The notes: a model not told the origin generated them from the letters alone. A stretch of 64,000 bases of DNA from a virus (IMGVR_UViG_3300050159_000048), one strand, 5' to 3'; shown: positions 1-8,933, numbered from the stretch's first letter. Numbers and translations: made by a program.

Positions 1-25
1 CAAAGGTGGTGACCGCATCCACAAC

Positions 26-238
26 GTGCAGACGATGGTGAACGTGTTCACCATCGAAAAGCAGCACCGGTATTTGAGGGAAATCGACGATCACTTCCTG
101 CCAATGCTGAAGGCGGCTCGACGGCTATTCCCTCAGCAGGAAGCTGCGTACGAGAACATCAAACACGTGCTCACCACGCAAACGGAACTGATTGAACTGA
201 TTCATGTAGCTCAAGGGACATCACGACATGAAAGCTGA
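26..238 (+). CDS. hypothetical protein (may extend past window start)
   Basis: 70-aa ORF whose end overlaps the next ORF; no motif recognised. Confidence 0.5.
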   Translation: MQTMVNVFTIEKQHRYLREIDDHFLPMLKAARRLFPQQEAAYENIKHVLTTQTELIELIHVAQGTSRHES

Positions 239-482
239 TGCAAAGGAATTGTGGATTGATATGGTGCGCGAAAACTGGCCGGGCATCTCTAATGAAGATG
301 CAGATCTGGTTCTGTGGAACGCAACGTGCTTTCCGTTTGGACGGCCTGATCGGGTAGCTAAGGACCTGCGCGAAATGTATGCTCGCAGCAACGGGAACCC
401 CATGCTTGCAGTAGCCATGGCCGAGGCTGACATTGAGGCTGAGATGAAGAAGTATCGAGAGGACAAGAAAAATGCTAGTTGA
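228..482 (+). CDS. hypothetical protein
   Basis: 84-aa ORF preceded by agggac; overlaps both neighbours. Confidence 0.6.
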   Translation: MKADAKELWIDMVRENWPGISNEDADLVLWNATCFPFGRPDRVAKDLREMYARSNGNPMLAVAMAEADIEAEMKKYREDKKNAS

Positions 483-675
483 ACGCGTATCCATGGTGTC
501 CGGTATTCGACACACTCGAGAAATTGACGTCACTCAAGAACAACTTGATCGCTGTCGCGCTGGTGAGCTGATCCAGCGTGTGTGTGGACATTTGTCTGCG
601 GATGACCGGGAATTTCTTATCTCCGGTATTACACCGGAGGAATGGGAACAACTAGCCCCAGACGAGGACGAGTAG
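472..675 (+). CDS. small hypothetical phage protein
   Basis: 67-aa ORF coupled to previous gene, gagga SD upstream. Confidence 0.6.
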   Translation: MLVERVSMVSGIRHTREIDVTQEQLDRCRAGELIQRVCGHLSADDREFLISGITPEEWEQLAPDEDE

Positions 676-700
676 TGTGCTCATTTAGCAGCGACATCAA

Positions 701-706
701 TAAATA
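701..706 (+). promoter_or_regulatory. late promoter motif TAAATA
   Basis: TAAATA about 30 nt before ATG 735; same motif recurs before about 20 genes; resembles T4 late promoter TATAAATA. Confidence 0.6.
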
Positions 707-734
707 AACCAACCAATTTACGAAAAGGTATTGT

Positions 735-1217
735 ATGAAGCTGCTCCAAGAATTGCTGATCGAAAGCAAACACGACAAAAAAGTGAAGGGCGAAGGTCCT
801 AAGCCTCGCAACCAACAACTTCACCAAACACTCAGTGGTCGTAAAGGTGGCCGGATGAAGTCCGCCAAAGACTACGACCGACGCGCTGGGAAGCGTGATA
901 TGAAGCGTGCGATGAATGAGCAGAGCGGCGAATCATATGGTGATCTTGAAAACCGCTACGAAGCCGCTCGTATTCGAGACCTTGAACTACAGACTAAGAT
1001 TGGTTCTATCCTGATCAAGGCATACCAAAACGGCGGCGACAAGGAAACCATTGGCCAAATGGGAGACCGCGCTGCAAAGATGCTTGGGATGGACGGTAAT
1101 GACCCAACGTTCCGACAAGCTTGGATGTCTGTCATTGGAGACACCGACTTCGACGAACTCGAAGCTGATGCTGATTACACGGATCAGCAGATGCGACGTG
1201 GTGAAATGGGCATGTAA
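735..1217 (+). CDS. putative late/internal head protein
   Basis: N-terminus MKLLQELLIES, highly charged, TAAATA upstream. Confidence 0.5.
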   Translation: MKLLQELLIESKHDKKVKGEGPKPRNQQLHQTLSGRKGGRMKSAKDYDRRAGKRDMKRAMNEQSGESYGDLENRYEAARIRDLELQTKIGSILIKAYQNGGDKETIGQMGDRAAKMLGMDGNDPTFRQAWMSVIGDTDFDELEADADYTDQQMRRGEMGM

Positions 1218-1223
1218 TCGCCG

Positions 1224-1253
1224 TTGACGAATCATAGGGTAAGCGCATAGAAT
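1224..1253 (+). promoter_or_regulatory. sigma70-like promoter
   Basis: TTGACG-18 nt-TAGAAT upstream of AAGGAG SD and ATG 1278. Confidence 0.5.
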
Positions 1254-1277
1254 ACTCCTACACTTCAAGGAGAACTT

Positions 1278-1760
1278 ATGCGATTCTACTCTTTTACCAA
1301 CTGGATGCTCCGACCGATTCAACAAGGTATTCAACCCGGCCACGCTGCGGTGGATATGCTGGTCAAGTATCCCGATGACAACTCCTCTTCCCAAGCCGCT
1401 GTTGCCTGGGAATGGGCTCGAGATCACAAGACATTCATCTGCTTGAACGGTGGCAATGCTGCCAATCTGGCAGAGGTGTACACCACTTTGCAACGCGTTG
1501 GTGATGCGCTCGGTCTGCCGGTTGTTGCATTCCATGAGGACGAAGAGTCACTGTGTGGCGTGATGACTTCTTGTGGCATTGTGGTCACGGAAGACTGGTA
1601 TGCGCTGGCTGGCGAAGTTCGCGCCCGCAACTTCCGTCTCGATCGTCCTGAAAACGGTGAGCCAGTTCTGGTTTGTCTTGCAGACATGTCCATCACACCG
1701 ATTACCACAGAAGGTGCCGACCTGATTGACGTGCTCAATTCCTGCAGCTTGGCTCAGTAA
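1278..1760 (+). CDS. peptidyl-tRNA hydrolase 2 (PTH2)-like protein
   Basis: IQQGIQPGHA, W..DHKTFICLNGG, FHEDEESL..MTS follow the PTH2-fold pattern. Confidence 0.55.
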   Translation: MRFYSFTNWMLRPIQQGIQPGHAAVDMLVKYPDDNSSSQAAVAWEWARDHKTFICLNGGNAANLAEVYTTLQRVGDALGLPVVAFHEDEESLCGVMTSCGIVVTEDWYALAGEVRARNFRLDRPENGEPVLVCLADMSITPITTEGADLIDVLNSCSLAQ

Positions 1761-1762
1761 TC

Positions 1763-2041
1763 ATGTTTCCCAACTTAAATGATCTGGTCAACATGCTGAC
1801 CACACCGCCTGACCCCGAACACATTAAGCGTCGACAGCGTCTAGAAAATGCTATCATGTGGACAGTGGTAGTGGTGTTCGTATCCACCTTGGTCGGCATG
1901 GGTTGGGCCCTTGATACGCCAACCCTCGTTGGAGTATTGGCGCCATCAGCCTTCATTTGTCTCACGGGTGGTGTGGTAGTGGTGGCAGGCATGGCCGCAC
2001 TCTTGGTGGGTGTGGCTCTAGCCTACATATTGGGAGTCTAA
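1763..2041 (+). CDS. small membrane protein
   Basis: 92 aa with two to three hydrophobic segments. Confidence 0.6.
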   Translation: MFPNLNDLVNMLTTPPDPEHIKRRQRLENAIMWTVVVVFVSTLVGMGWALDTPTLVGVLAPSAFICLTGGVVVVAGMAALLVGVALAYILGV

Positions 2042-2046
2042 CGATT

Positions 2047-2388
2047 ATGGCAAGGGGCGAATTTAAGGACGCCAAGAAAGCGTGTGGACTAATTACTCCT
2101 CGACCCAGGCGGTGGGCTGAGCGGTATGGGTTGGATCTCAACCCATCCAACCCATACCGGGCACATCGACACGACTATGAAGTTAGTGACTGGGATGAAG
2201 CGTACGCAATTCTAGTGGATAACCAATGCCTACCAGACATGAACTGTGACTTCGACGACGAAGAATCCGAAGAGGTTGCACAGATTCAATACGATGAAGC
2301 GTATGCCCACTTTCAAAACCACGATTACGTTGAGTGTAACATCTACAACTCACTGTCAAGCGTGTTGGTGTACCTCTCCGAGGACTAA
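2047..2388 (+). CDS. hypothetical acidic protein
   Basis: ATG 2047 (MARGEF) within ORF 1957..2388, just after the previous stop. Confidence 0.55.
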   Translation: MARGEFKDAKKACGLITPRPRRWAERYGLDLNPSNPYRAHRHDYEVSDWDEAYAILVDNQCLPDMNCDFDDEESEEVAQIQYDEAYAHFQNHDYVECNIYNSLSSVLVYLSED

Positions 2389-2389
2389 C

Positions 2390-3019
2390 TCAAAGATACC
2401 GCTGCAATTCCGCGTTTACCTTTGGTGCGTAGCGCGGATTTCCTTTTTTGGGGTTCTCCTGTGACTTCAAGTGGTTACCCGGACCAACATTGTACGCATG
2501 CAGTGCAGCATCAATGCTACCAAATCGCTTATAATACTGTTTGAGCATTGACGCTCCGTGCTTAATCTGTCCATCGATTGTTGCGAGTTGCGCTGCTCCG
2601 ATGCCAGAAGCCTCTGGTCGAATCTGCGTGAGTCCTATGGCTGGATCAGACGCCAATTGAGACTTGGCTTTTGGGTTGAATCCACTCTCAACGCCAACAA
2701 CAGCTAAGATGTGTTCTGCGCGAGGGAACACTGGATCCTGATACTTGATGGCAGCTTTCACCGCCTGACGCACGATCTTGGGGCTAACTTTGTATTTCTG
2801 TGACGCAATAGAGATCATCTGTTGAGCCGTAAGACGAGGGTTTGCACCTTTGTGCTGCTGAACTTGCGCAATTGGTGATGGAGGCTGTACTGGGTCGTTG
2901 CTGGTGTTGGATGACGGCGATAATGCACCGACGACCATAGCAGCAGCCGCAATCGCTTGCTTAATAATACCCTCGTCGAGCTGTTCAGCTGTTGGATCTA
3001 AAACCTCATATAATTTCAT
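2390..3019 (-). CDS. lytic transglycosylase (SLT domain) with N-terminal hydrophobic segment
   Basis: LAVVGVESGFNPKA (catalytic Glu), GLTQI, ALHAYNVG; start MKLYEVL; TAAATA at 3050-3055. Confidence 0.85.
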   Translation of the reverse strand: MKLYEVLDPTAEQLDEGIIKQAIAAAAMVVGALSPSSNTSNDPVQPPSPIAQVQQHKGANPRLTAQQMISIASQKYKVSPKIVRQAVKAAIKYQDPVFPRAEHILAVVGVESGFNPKAKSQLASDPAIGLTQIRPEASGIGAAQLATIDGQIKHGASMLKQYYKRFGSIDAALHAYNVGPGNHLKSQENPKKGNPRYAPKVNAELQRYL

Positions 3020-3084
3020 CGTTGCAACCAATCGTAAATTCGTGTATCCTATTTATCTAAACCTATACCCTAGGACATAAGATT

Positions 3085-3705
3085 ATGCACAATTCCGATA
3101 ACACTGTCAACGTCGATCTGACGGATGAAGAGTGGCATTCAATCGTTGAAGTCTACATTCAGCGACGCTGGTATCCGGCAACCGCTGAACTGATGGAGGA
3201 ACGGCTAGATGCTGGGGACAGTATTGAAGACATCGTGTATGATCTCATCCGCAATGATGCGGCAAACTACGCAATTGAACAAGCCTTGAATTTGGAGAAG
3301 CAAATGTCACACATCCCCAACAAAAAAGCAATGATCTGGGTTACTTTCCAAAAGGAAGGCATCCACATGTACCCAGCTGCTGCAACTGATCCGGCCCTTG
3401 CAACGGGTGGTTGGGACGATGTCAGCTTCCTGGGTGTCCCTCACCGCCACATCTTCCACTTCCGTGTTGCGATTGCAGTGCGGCACGATGACCGTGATAT
3501 TGAGTTCATTCAGTTCAAGCGCTGGTTGGAGCGTCTGTACTCCGAAGGTACGCTGGAGTTGAACCACAAGTCGTGTGAGATGATTTCTGACGACCTGTAC
3601 CTCCAAATTAGCGCCAAATATCCGAACCGTAAGGTCGTGATTGAAGTGTCTGAGGACGGTGAAAACGGTTCCGTGACTGAATACCAACCTGAATTTGAGT
3701 ACTGA
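3085..3705 (+). CDS. queD: QueD-like (6-pyruvoyl-tetrahydropterin synthase family) protein with N-terminal extension
   Basis: EGIHMYP, HRHIFHFRV, DIEFIQFKRWL, SCEMI, VSEDGENG. Confidence 0.75.
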   Translation: MHNSDNTVNVDLTDEEWHSIVEVYIQRRWYPATAELMEERLDAGDSIEDIVYDLIRNDAANYAIEQALNLEKQMSHIPNKKAMIWVTFQKEGIHMYPAAATDPALATGGWDDVSFLGVPHRHIFHFRVAIAVRHDDRDIEFIQFKRWLERLYSEGTLELNHKSCEMISDDLYLQISAKYPNRKVVIEVSEDGENGSVTEYQPEFEY

Positions 3706-3706
3706 C

Positions 3707-4207
3707 ATGATCAATTACATCAAACACGACGTCACTGACACGCTGACTGGTGTAGTTGCACACGGCTGCAACTGCCAAGGCGTGATGGGAAGTGGAGTGG
3801 CGTGGGCCATCCGAAATAAATGGCCAGTGGCATACCAGCGCTATGCCGACTTCGTTTCTTCGTTCCGTCGAGGCGGTGGGATCACAGGCGATTTGCTCGG
3901 CACATGCCAAATGGTCAATGTTGCGGACGCAGGTACGAATCTGATCTTCGGAATCAATAGCCTGTTTATCGCTAACTTGTTCACCCAAGACTTCTATGGC
4001 AAAGACGGCAAGGCATATGCAAAGGCTGACGCGATTGCACAAGCTCTAGACGGTGCAGCTTCGTTTGCCAAAGGTGCTGATCTCCCACTCTACATTCCTC
4101 GAATTGGGTGCGGGCTGGGTGGACTTTCGTGGGAAAAAGACGTGCTTCCTATCGTAGAGCAAATCGACAACACATATGGCATTGTGATCAACGTATGCGA
4201 TCTCTGA
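3707..4207 (+). CDS. macrodomain ADP-ribose hydrolase
   Basis: HGCNCQGVMGSGVA, IANLFTQ, PRIGCGLGGLSW. Confidence 0.85.
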   Translation: MINYIKHDVTDTLTGVVAHGCNCQGVMGSGVAWAIRNKWPVAYQRYADFVSSFRRGGGITGDLLGTCQMVNVADAGTNLIFGINSLFIANLFTQDFYGKDGKAYAKADAIAQALDGAASFAKGADLPLYIPRIGCGLGGLSWEKDVLPIVEQIDNTYGIVINVCDL

Positions 4208-4812
4208 ACCTTGCAACCCCACTGCAGTTGTTCACTGAGCATGACCGTGCTCAGATTCTCGACCACCTGTTGCGGCTGTCTGTGACGGACCGGTATCTGC
4301 GATTCTGCTCACCCCTGAGCGATGATGCGATTCGTGCGTACGTTAATAGGCTGGATCTTACCGGCAAAGATCACGTATTTGCCATTCGTGATGACCAGCT
4401 AAAAATCGTCGCCCTCTTGCACGCTGCCCCAAGCTCTGAGGATAGTGTTGAGTTTGCACTATCCGTTGACGAAGACAAGCGTAAGGAAGGACTGGGCGAT
4501 AAGTTGTTTGAGCGTGGACTGCAGTGGTGTGAAACACACGGCGTGAAGCGCATTTACATGCAATGCCTAGCCACAAACAACGCTATTAAGGCGATGGCTC
4601 GCAAGCGCGACATGAAGATCACCACTGATTATGGGGAAAGCGTTGCCGAACTTGCTGGAGTAGAGGATCATAACGTTCTTTCCGCTTGGCTTGCTGCAGC
4701 TCGCAGCGACGCAATCGGCCTGTTTGACCTACGGTGTAAGTTCGTTCGGCACCAGTGGGAAGAATATGTTGATCATATTGCGGGAGTGTTGAAGGGTAAA
4801 ACGACCCGTTGA
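4195..4812 (+). CDS. GNAT acetyltransferase
   Basis: RYLRF, EFALSVDEDKRKEGLG (acetyl-CoA motif A), CLATNNA. Confidence 0.8.
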   Translation: MRSLNLATPLQLFTEHDRAQILDHLLRLSVTDRYLRFCSPLSDDAIRAYVNRLDLTGKDHVFAIRDDQLKIVALLHAAPSSEDSVEFALSVDEDKRKEGLGDKLFERGLQWCETHGVKRIYMQCLATNNAIKAMARKRDMKITTDYGESVAELAGVEDHNVLSAWLAAARSDAIGLFDLRCKFVRHQWEEYVDHIAGVLKGKTTR

Positions 4813-4859
4813 CATTTCAAATCTTACATGAGATAGTTGACGCAAGATTGATAAATACA

Positions 4860-5048
4860 GTCTCTGTCCTGCAAATGACAGAGTGGTGGTGCCCGATGAC
4901 TTTAGGAAACTAAGGCCAGCCCCAAAACTTGACGGCACGTAGATGCGTAAACGATCAGGATTCGCCGTCCTTGTCCTGATGTCGGATGAAGCCGTTGGTA
5001 GGCGTAGTAGCCCCAACTAACAAAAGGTGAACACGTAACCGACAACCA
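4860..5048 (+). ncRNA. candidate structured ncRNA upstream of tRNA-Ala
   Basis: no convincing ORF; follows TAAATA 4852-4857; inverted repeats ATCAGGA/TCCTGAT, GACGGC/GCCGTC, GTTGG/CCAAC. Confidence 0.3.
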
Positions 5049-5050
5049 AT

Positions 5051-5121
5051 GGGGGATTGATGTAATGGGAGCCTGGAAGCTTTGCAAGCTTTTCGTGAGA
5101 GTTCGATTCTCTCATCCTCCA
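5051..5121 (+). tRNA. tRNA-Ala (UGC)
   Basis: acceptor GGGGGAT/ATCCTCC with G3:U70 and A73; anticodon loop TTTGCAA; T-loop TTCGATT; CCA not encoded. Confidence 0.85.
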
Positions 5122-5129
5122 CAAAGTTT

Positions 5130-5515
5130 TACTGTGCGAAAGCACTGGGTTATCCGCGTGTTAGGTATCCTCAGTCAAGCGAGGCCGTACCACTCAAGCG
5201 GGGGTGCAATGGGTAAAGAACCAGCATCACCTAGACGGTGTTCCTTGACTTGACCGTTGGTAAAAGTTTAGACCATTAGCGTGGTTGCTGTTTAATCGCC
5301 AAAGTGGTGTACACATCATTACCGAAGTGTGTACAAATGACGGTTAAGCAGTCAGATTCGGTTCATTGTTCAGTGTTGAGTCTAGTACGTGCTCTTTAAT
5401 CAACACTTAAAGCGATCGCATAGAATGCAGGAATTGTTCACGTAAGACACCCCGTAGACCACTAGCGAAAGTCGTTTAGTCGATGATAACGGTGCAAGCC
5501 CGTAGAAACCCTACA
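5130..5515 (+). ncRNA. candidate large structured ncRNA (about 385 nt) between the tRNAs
   Basis: no plausible CDS; hairpins GTGC-GAAA-GCAC, GTACAC..GTGTAC, AGTGTTGA..TCAACACT, GTAG..CTAC. Confidence 0.4.
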
Positions 5516-5528
5516 TAAATAACACAAT

Positions 5529-5606
5529 CGGAGTGTAGCGCAGCCTGGTTAGCGCATCTGCTTTGGGAGCAGAGGGTCGTGAGTTCGAATCTCACCACTC
5601 CGACCA
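5529..5606 (+). tRNA. tRNA-Pro (UGG)
   Basis: full cloverleaf CGGAGTG/CACTCCG, anticodon loop TTTGGGA, TTCGAAT, encoded CCA; TAAATA at 5516-5521. Confidence 0.97.
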
Positions 5607-5678
5607 CTTATCATACCGTTGACGTATGATAATTTTCGAGCGATAATGAGGATATTGTCAATCAACCATCTCCTCACA

Positions 5679-6098
5679 ATGAAACATCTGCTCACATCTA
5701 TTTGCGCCTTAGCCCTGATCCTCACTGGGTGTAGCAAACAAGATGATCAGCCCTTCCACCCAACTAATCTAACTGAACTGCGCTTCCTAGAGCTTTGCAC
5801 TGGAGTATCCATTGTGTCGCGAGGCTCTCAAGACATCGCCTATGCCAATTGTCTTGGGCGCGTTCGTGGCTTCATTGATGGCCATGCAATGACGGTCGTT
5901 GCCAATCCTGATATCGAGCCGCTTTGGTGCGTTAACCAAATGCAGCCGGATATTGAGGTGTACAACGAAATCGTTGACTGGGTTGTCAAGAACCCTGTAA
6001 AATACAAATCCATTGCCGCTGCTGCGCCTCCCGCAACCGCATCAATGATGGTTGCAATTGCCGCAGCACACGAACGATTTCCGTGTAAGGATGAATGA
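5679..6098 (+). CDS. lipoprotein with Rap1a/Tai-like immunity domain
   Basis: lipobox MKHLLTSICALALILTG-C; L..C, CLGRVRGFID, WC, IVDWVVKNP and terminal FPC match the Rap1a pattern. Confidence 0.65.
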   Translation: MKHLLTSICALALILTGCSKQDDQPFHPTNLTELRFLELCTGVSIVSRGSQDIAYANCLGRVRGFIDGHAMTVVANPDIEPLWCVNQMQPDIEVYNEIVDWVVKNPVKYKSIAAAAPPATASMMVAIAAAHERFPCKDE

Positions 6099-6418
6099 TG
6101 ACACCGCCACGCCGCTTGATTGAAGATAAGACCGTTTACGTTGCCACCAGCCCGACGGACCGACTGATGATCACTGCCGCTTCGGAGATTGAGGCGAAGA
6201 TTGAGCTGCTGGATAAACTTGGCTACAAGATTGAGCAAGTTGAAGCATTCCTACTGCTGGACGCCGATTCTGGTGATATCATGGCAAAGCTGAGTGCCAC
6301 ATCACTGGAAACAGCGCTGGATGAAGTTCTATCTGCTGCAAAGTGGAGGATTTCAGAATCAATGGAGTTGCTCGGCGGCTCTCTCGGCGACGGCTTTGGT
6401 GATTTTGAAGACGAATAA
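6095..6418 (+). CDS. hypothetical protein
   Basis: 107-aa ORF with ATGA overlap. Confidence 0.6.
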   Translation: MMTPPRRLIEDKTVYVATSPTDRLMITAASEIEAKIELLDKLGYKIEQVEAFLLLDADSGDIMAKLSATSLETALDEVLSAAKWRISESMELLGGSLGDGFGDFEDE

Positions 6419-6428
6419 GGAGAAACAT

Positions 6429-7028
6429 ATGACCACATCGATTACGCTACGACAAGCGCATAAGCTCGTCGACAAGATTGTCGCCAAGATGCGCACTCTG
6501 ACGATTGAATCCACAAAGCAAGTGAGCGCGTGGGAGCAAGATGAAGTGAGCGCGGTGCTGGAGCGTTTGCGCGGAAAGTTTGAAGAGCAAATTGCTCGCC
6601 AAGTCGCGCTGACGAACGCCCGCCAGGAGCTGCGTGACGCGATCAGCATTGCAAACCGCGCCGCGGTCGACGGCCTAATTTCGCAGCGAAAGGCTTTGCT
6701 GGATCAGGTTGGTATCTACCGCGCGATCCTGGACAGCGCCAGTGAAAACTACATCTCTGATGGGAACGCGCTGGCGCAAAAGCTCTCCGCGATGCGTTCG
6801 GCTGCCCACGCCGGAGCCACGACTCCTTCGTGGGGTGGTTCTGGCGACACCGTCACTGTGTCACTGCTCACCAGCGAGCGACAGACTGTGCTCGAAAAGC
6901 TGGTCAATGACACCCAGCTAAAGATTGAGGCTGTAGAAGACGCACTGACTCAGGCGAATGCTGGCACCAGGGTATGGGTGCCAGCTTCTGCTGAAGCCAC
7001 ACTGCGCCAGGAAGGGCTGATCGCCTAA
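6429..7028 (+). CDS. coiled-coil hypothetical protein
   Basis: TAAGGAG SD before ATG 6429 (MTTSITLRQAHKL). Confidence 0.65.
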   Translation: MTTSITLRQAHKLVDKIVAKMRTLTIESTKQVSAWEQDEVSAVLERLRGKFEEQIARQVALTNARQELRDAISIANRAAVDGLISQRKALLDQVGIYRAILDSASENYISDGNALAQKLSAMRSAAHAGATTPSWGGSGDTVTVSLLTSERQTVLEKLVNDTQLKIEAVEDALTQANAGTRVWVPASAEATLRQEGLIA

Positions 7029-7279
7029 GAATTCGGGTGGAGATTGTTGATAGAATTTGGAAGGGTCTTCGGACCTGACGTCTCTGACGTCGCATCCTAA
7101 TTATATGCAACGGTCAATTGTGTGCAGCTTTGTAATCATAAAGCCCTTGTAACCATTGTTGGATACGAGCTGTACGATCAAGACCATTAATTGCTGGAAT
7201 GTTGGAATGCTGGAGTGTATTGCATCCTCTTTCTGTTGACTTTCTTCACCCCCTCAGCTTGACTCATAAGTAAAACAAT

Positions 7280-7846
7280 ATGTCACTATACGCAATTGCT
7301 GGCAGCCAAGGTACTGGAAAATCCACCCTACTAGCTGCTCTCAACGTCCTTCAAATCACCCGAAAAACCTCACGCTCCATTCTGTCTGAATGGGGCGTTT
7401 CCCTTTCCCAAGTCAATAACGACAGGACTCTCACCGTCAAGTTTCAGGACGAGATCCTGGCACGAAAAATTGTTGATGAGCGATGGGCTACCGAAACAGA
7501 TCAGATTGTGTTCACAGAACGCACATACGCGGACTTGTTCGTGTATGCTGTTGTAGCGCTCGGAAAGGATAACGAGTACAGCGAATGGCTGGATGAGTAC
7601 TACCTACGTTGTGTTGAAGCTCAACGAACATATTCAGGTGTGTTTTACCTGACGGGTGGCCATTTTCAGCCCGTATACGACGGCGTTCGGGCGGTGAATA
7701 AACACTATAGTCGAATGGTGGACTTGACAATGTACGAATATACGTGTAATATGTCACCAAGTGTAACCCCGATTCATGTCGCAGATCTGGACGAACGCGT
7801 TCATATTGTGATGGAAGCACTACATAATCGTCCACAATCAGAATAA
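7280..7846 (+). CDS. P-loop nucleotide kinase / AAA_28-like ATPase
   Basis: N-terminal GSQGTGKST Walker A; FTERTYAD resembles the NMP-kinase DR motif. Confidence 0.7.
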   Translation: MSLYAIAGSQGTGKSTLLAALNVLQITRKTSRSILSEWGVSLSQVNNDRTLTVKFQDEILARKIVDERWATETDQIVFTERTYADLFVYAVVALGKDNEYSEWLDEYYLRCVEAQRTYSGVFYLTGGHFQPVYDGVRAVNKHYSRMVDLTMYEYTCNMSPSVTPIHVADLDERVHIVMEALHNRPQSE

Positions 7847-7865
7847 CATACACACGGAGAAGTAA

Positions 7866-8933
7866 ATGACACAAGACAACAGCAAGTACCTGGGCGCGGT
7901 GAAAGGCCGCCGCTTTCGCTACAACGATTACACCCGCCACATGCCCCATCTAAAGTTTGAGTACGATGAGGATTACTACCCGGAAGACTCCGACCTGCCT
8001 GATCCACAAATTGATCCGTTCATTCCGGGTCTGCGCGTTCAGCTTGATAAGGTTGGCGTCAATGGCGTGCATCTACCGATCAAGTTCCTGCGTCGTGACG
8101 GCTCAGTTCAAGAGCTGCAAGCGGAAGCATCCCTGTACGGCTCGCTGGACAATCCGGACGCAAAGGGTCTGAACCTGTCGCGGTTCCCCATTGTCATGCA
8201 TGAAGAAATCGCCGGTCACTTGTCGATTGACGGCCTCAAGGGTGTGCTGAAGAAGCTGCAGTCAAAGCAAGGCAGCAACCATACGTATTGCAAGCTGCGC
8301 TTCAAGTATCCTTGGACACAAGAAGCTCTGCGTACTCGCCAAGAAATGAAGGTGGAAGAGTACGGTAGCGTTGAGCAACTGAAGGCACACAAGGACTTCT
8401 TCAAGGAAGTGGACGGTGTGTATCTCAGCCACAAGAAGGCACTCGGCCACATCTTCTATGATTGTGTATTGGAAGCGCAACAACACGGTGATGAGTACGC
8501 ATTCTTCCTCACCGTACACTACGTGTATTCGTCCACTTGCCCTTGCTCGTTTGAGCTGGCTCAGGATGCGACCCTGAAGCGTGGTCAAGCCGCTAACGGA
8601 CACAGTCAGCGCTCCATCGCAAAGATCACGGTTCAATTCAGCCCAGACAATGTGGTGTACATCGAAGACATCATCGAAATGGCACGCAAGCAGGTTCCTA
8701 CTGAGGTGGTGATCATTTGCAAGCGCCGCGATGAGCAGGCCTTCGCTGAATTGAATGGCTCCAATCTCTTGTTCACAGAAGACGCATCTCGTCTGATGTA
8801 TCAAGGGTTGGATGAAATGTACAACGCCGGCAAGATCAGCGACTTCAGTGTTGTCACCGAGCATGTGGAATCCTTGCATCCGTGGTCAGCCACAGCGGTG
8901 GTATCCAAGGGCATTGTGGGCGGCCTTCGGTAA
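7866..8933 (+). CDS. folE2: GTP cyclohydrolase I type IB (FolE2)
   Basis: LDKVGV, KGLNLSRF, STCPCS, HSQRS, LLFTEDASR, HVESLH. Confidence 0.9.
   Translation: MTQDNSKYLGAVKGRRFRYNDYTRHMPHLKFEYDEDYYPEDSDLPDPQIDPFIPGLRVQLDKVGVNGVHLPIKFLRRDGSVQELQAEASLYGSLDNPDAKGLNLSRFPIVMHEEIAGHLSIDGLKGVLKKLQSKQGSNHTYCKLRFKYPWTQEALRTRQEMKVEEYGSVEQLKAHKDFFKEVDGVYLSHKKALGHIFYDCVLEAQQHGDEYAFFLTVHYVYSSTCPCSFELAQDATLKRGQAANGHSQRSIAKITVQFSPDNVVYIEDIIEMARKQVPTEVVIICKRRDEQAFAELNGSNLLFTEDASRLMYQGLDEMYNAGKISDFSVVTEHVESLHPWSATAVVSKGIVGGLR

Noticed and set aside
4860-5515. tmRNA or group I intron in the tRNA region
   Set aside because: No tmRNA tRNA-like ends or tag ORF, no interrupted exon and no clear P7 core; kept only as unclassified ncRNA candidates.
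7030-7275. 245-bp intergenic gap
   Set aside because: No strong hairpin, repeat or ORF; probably promoter space.
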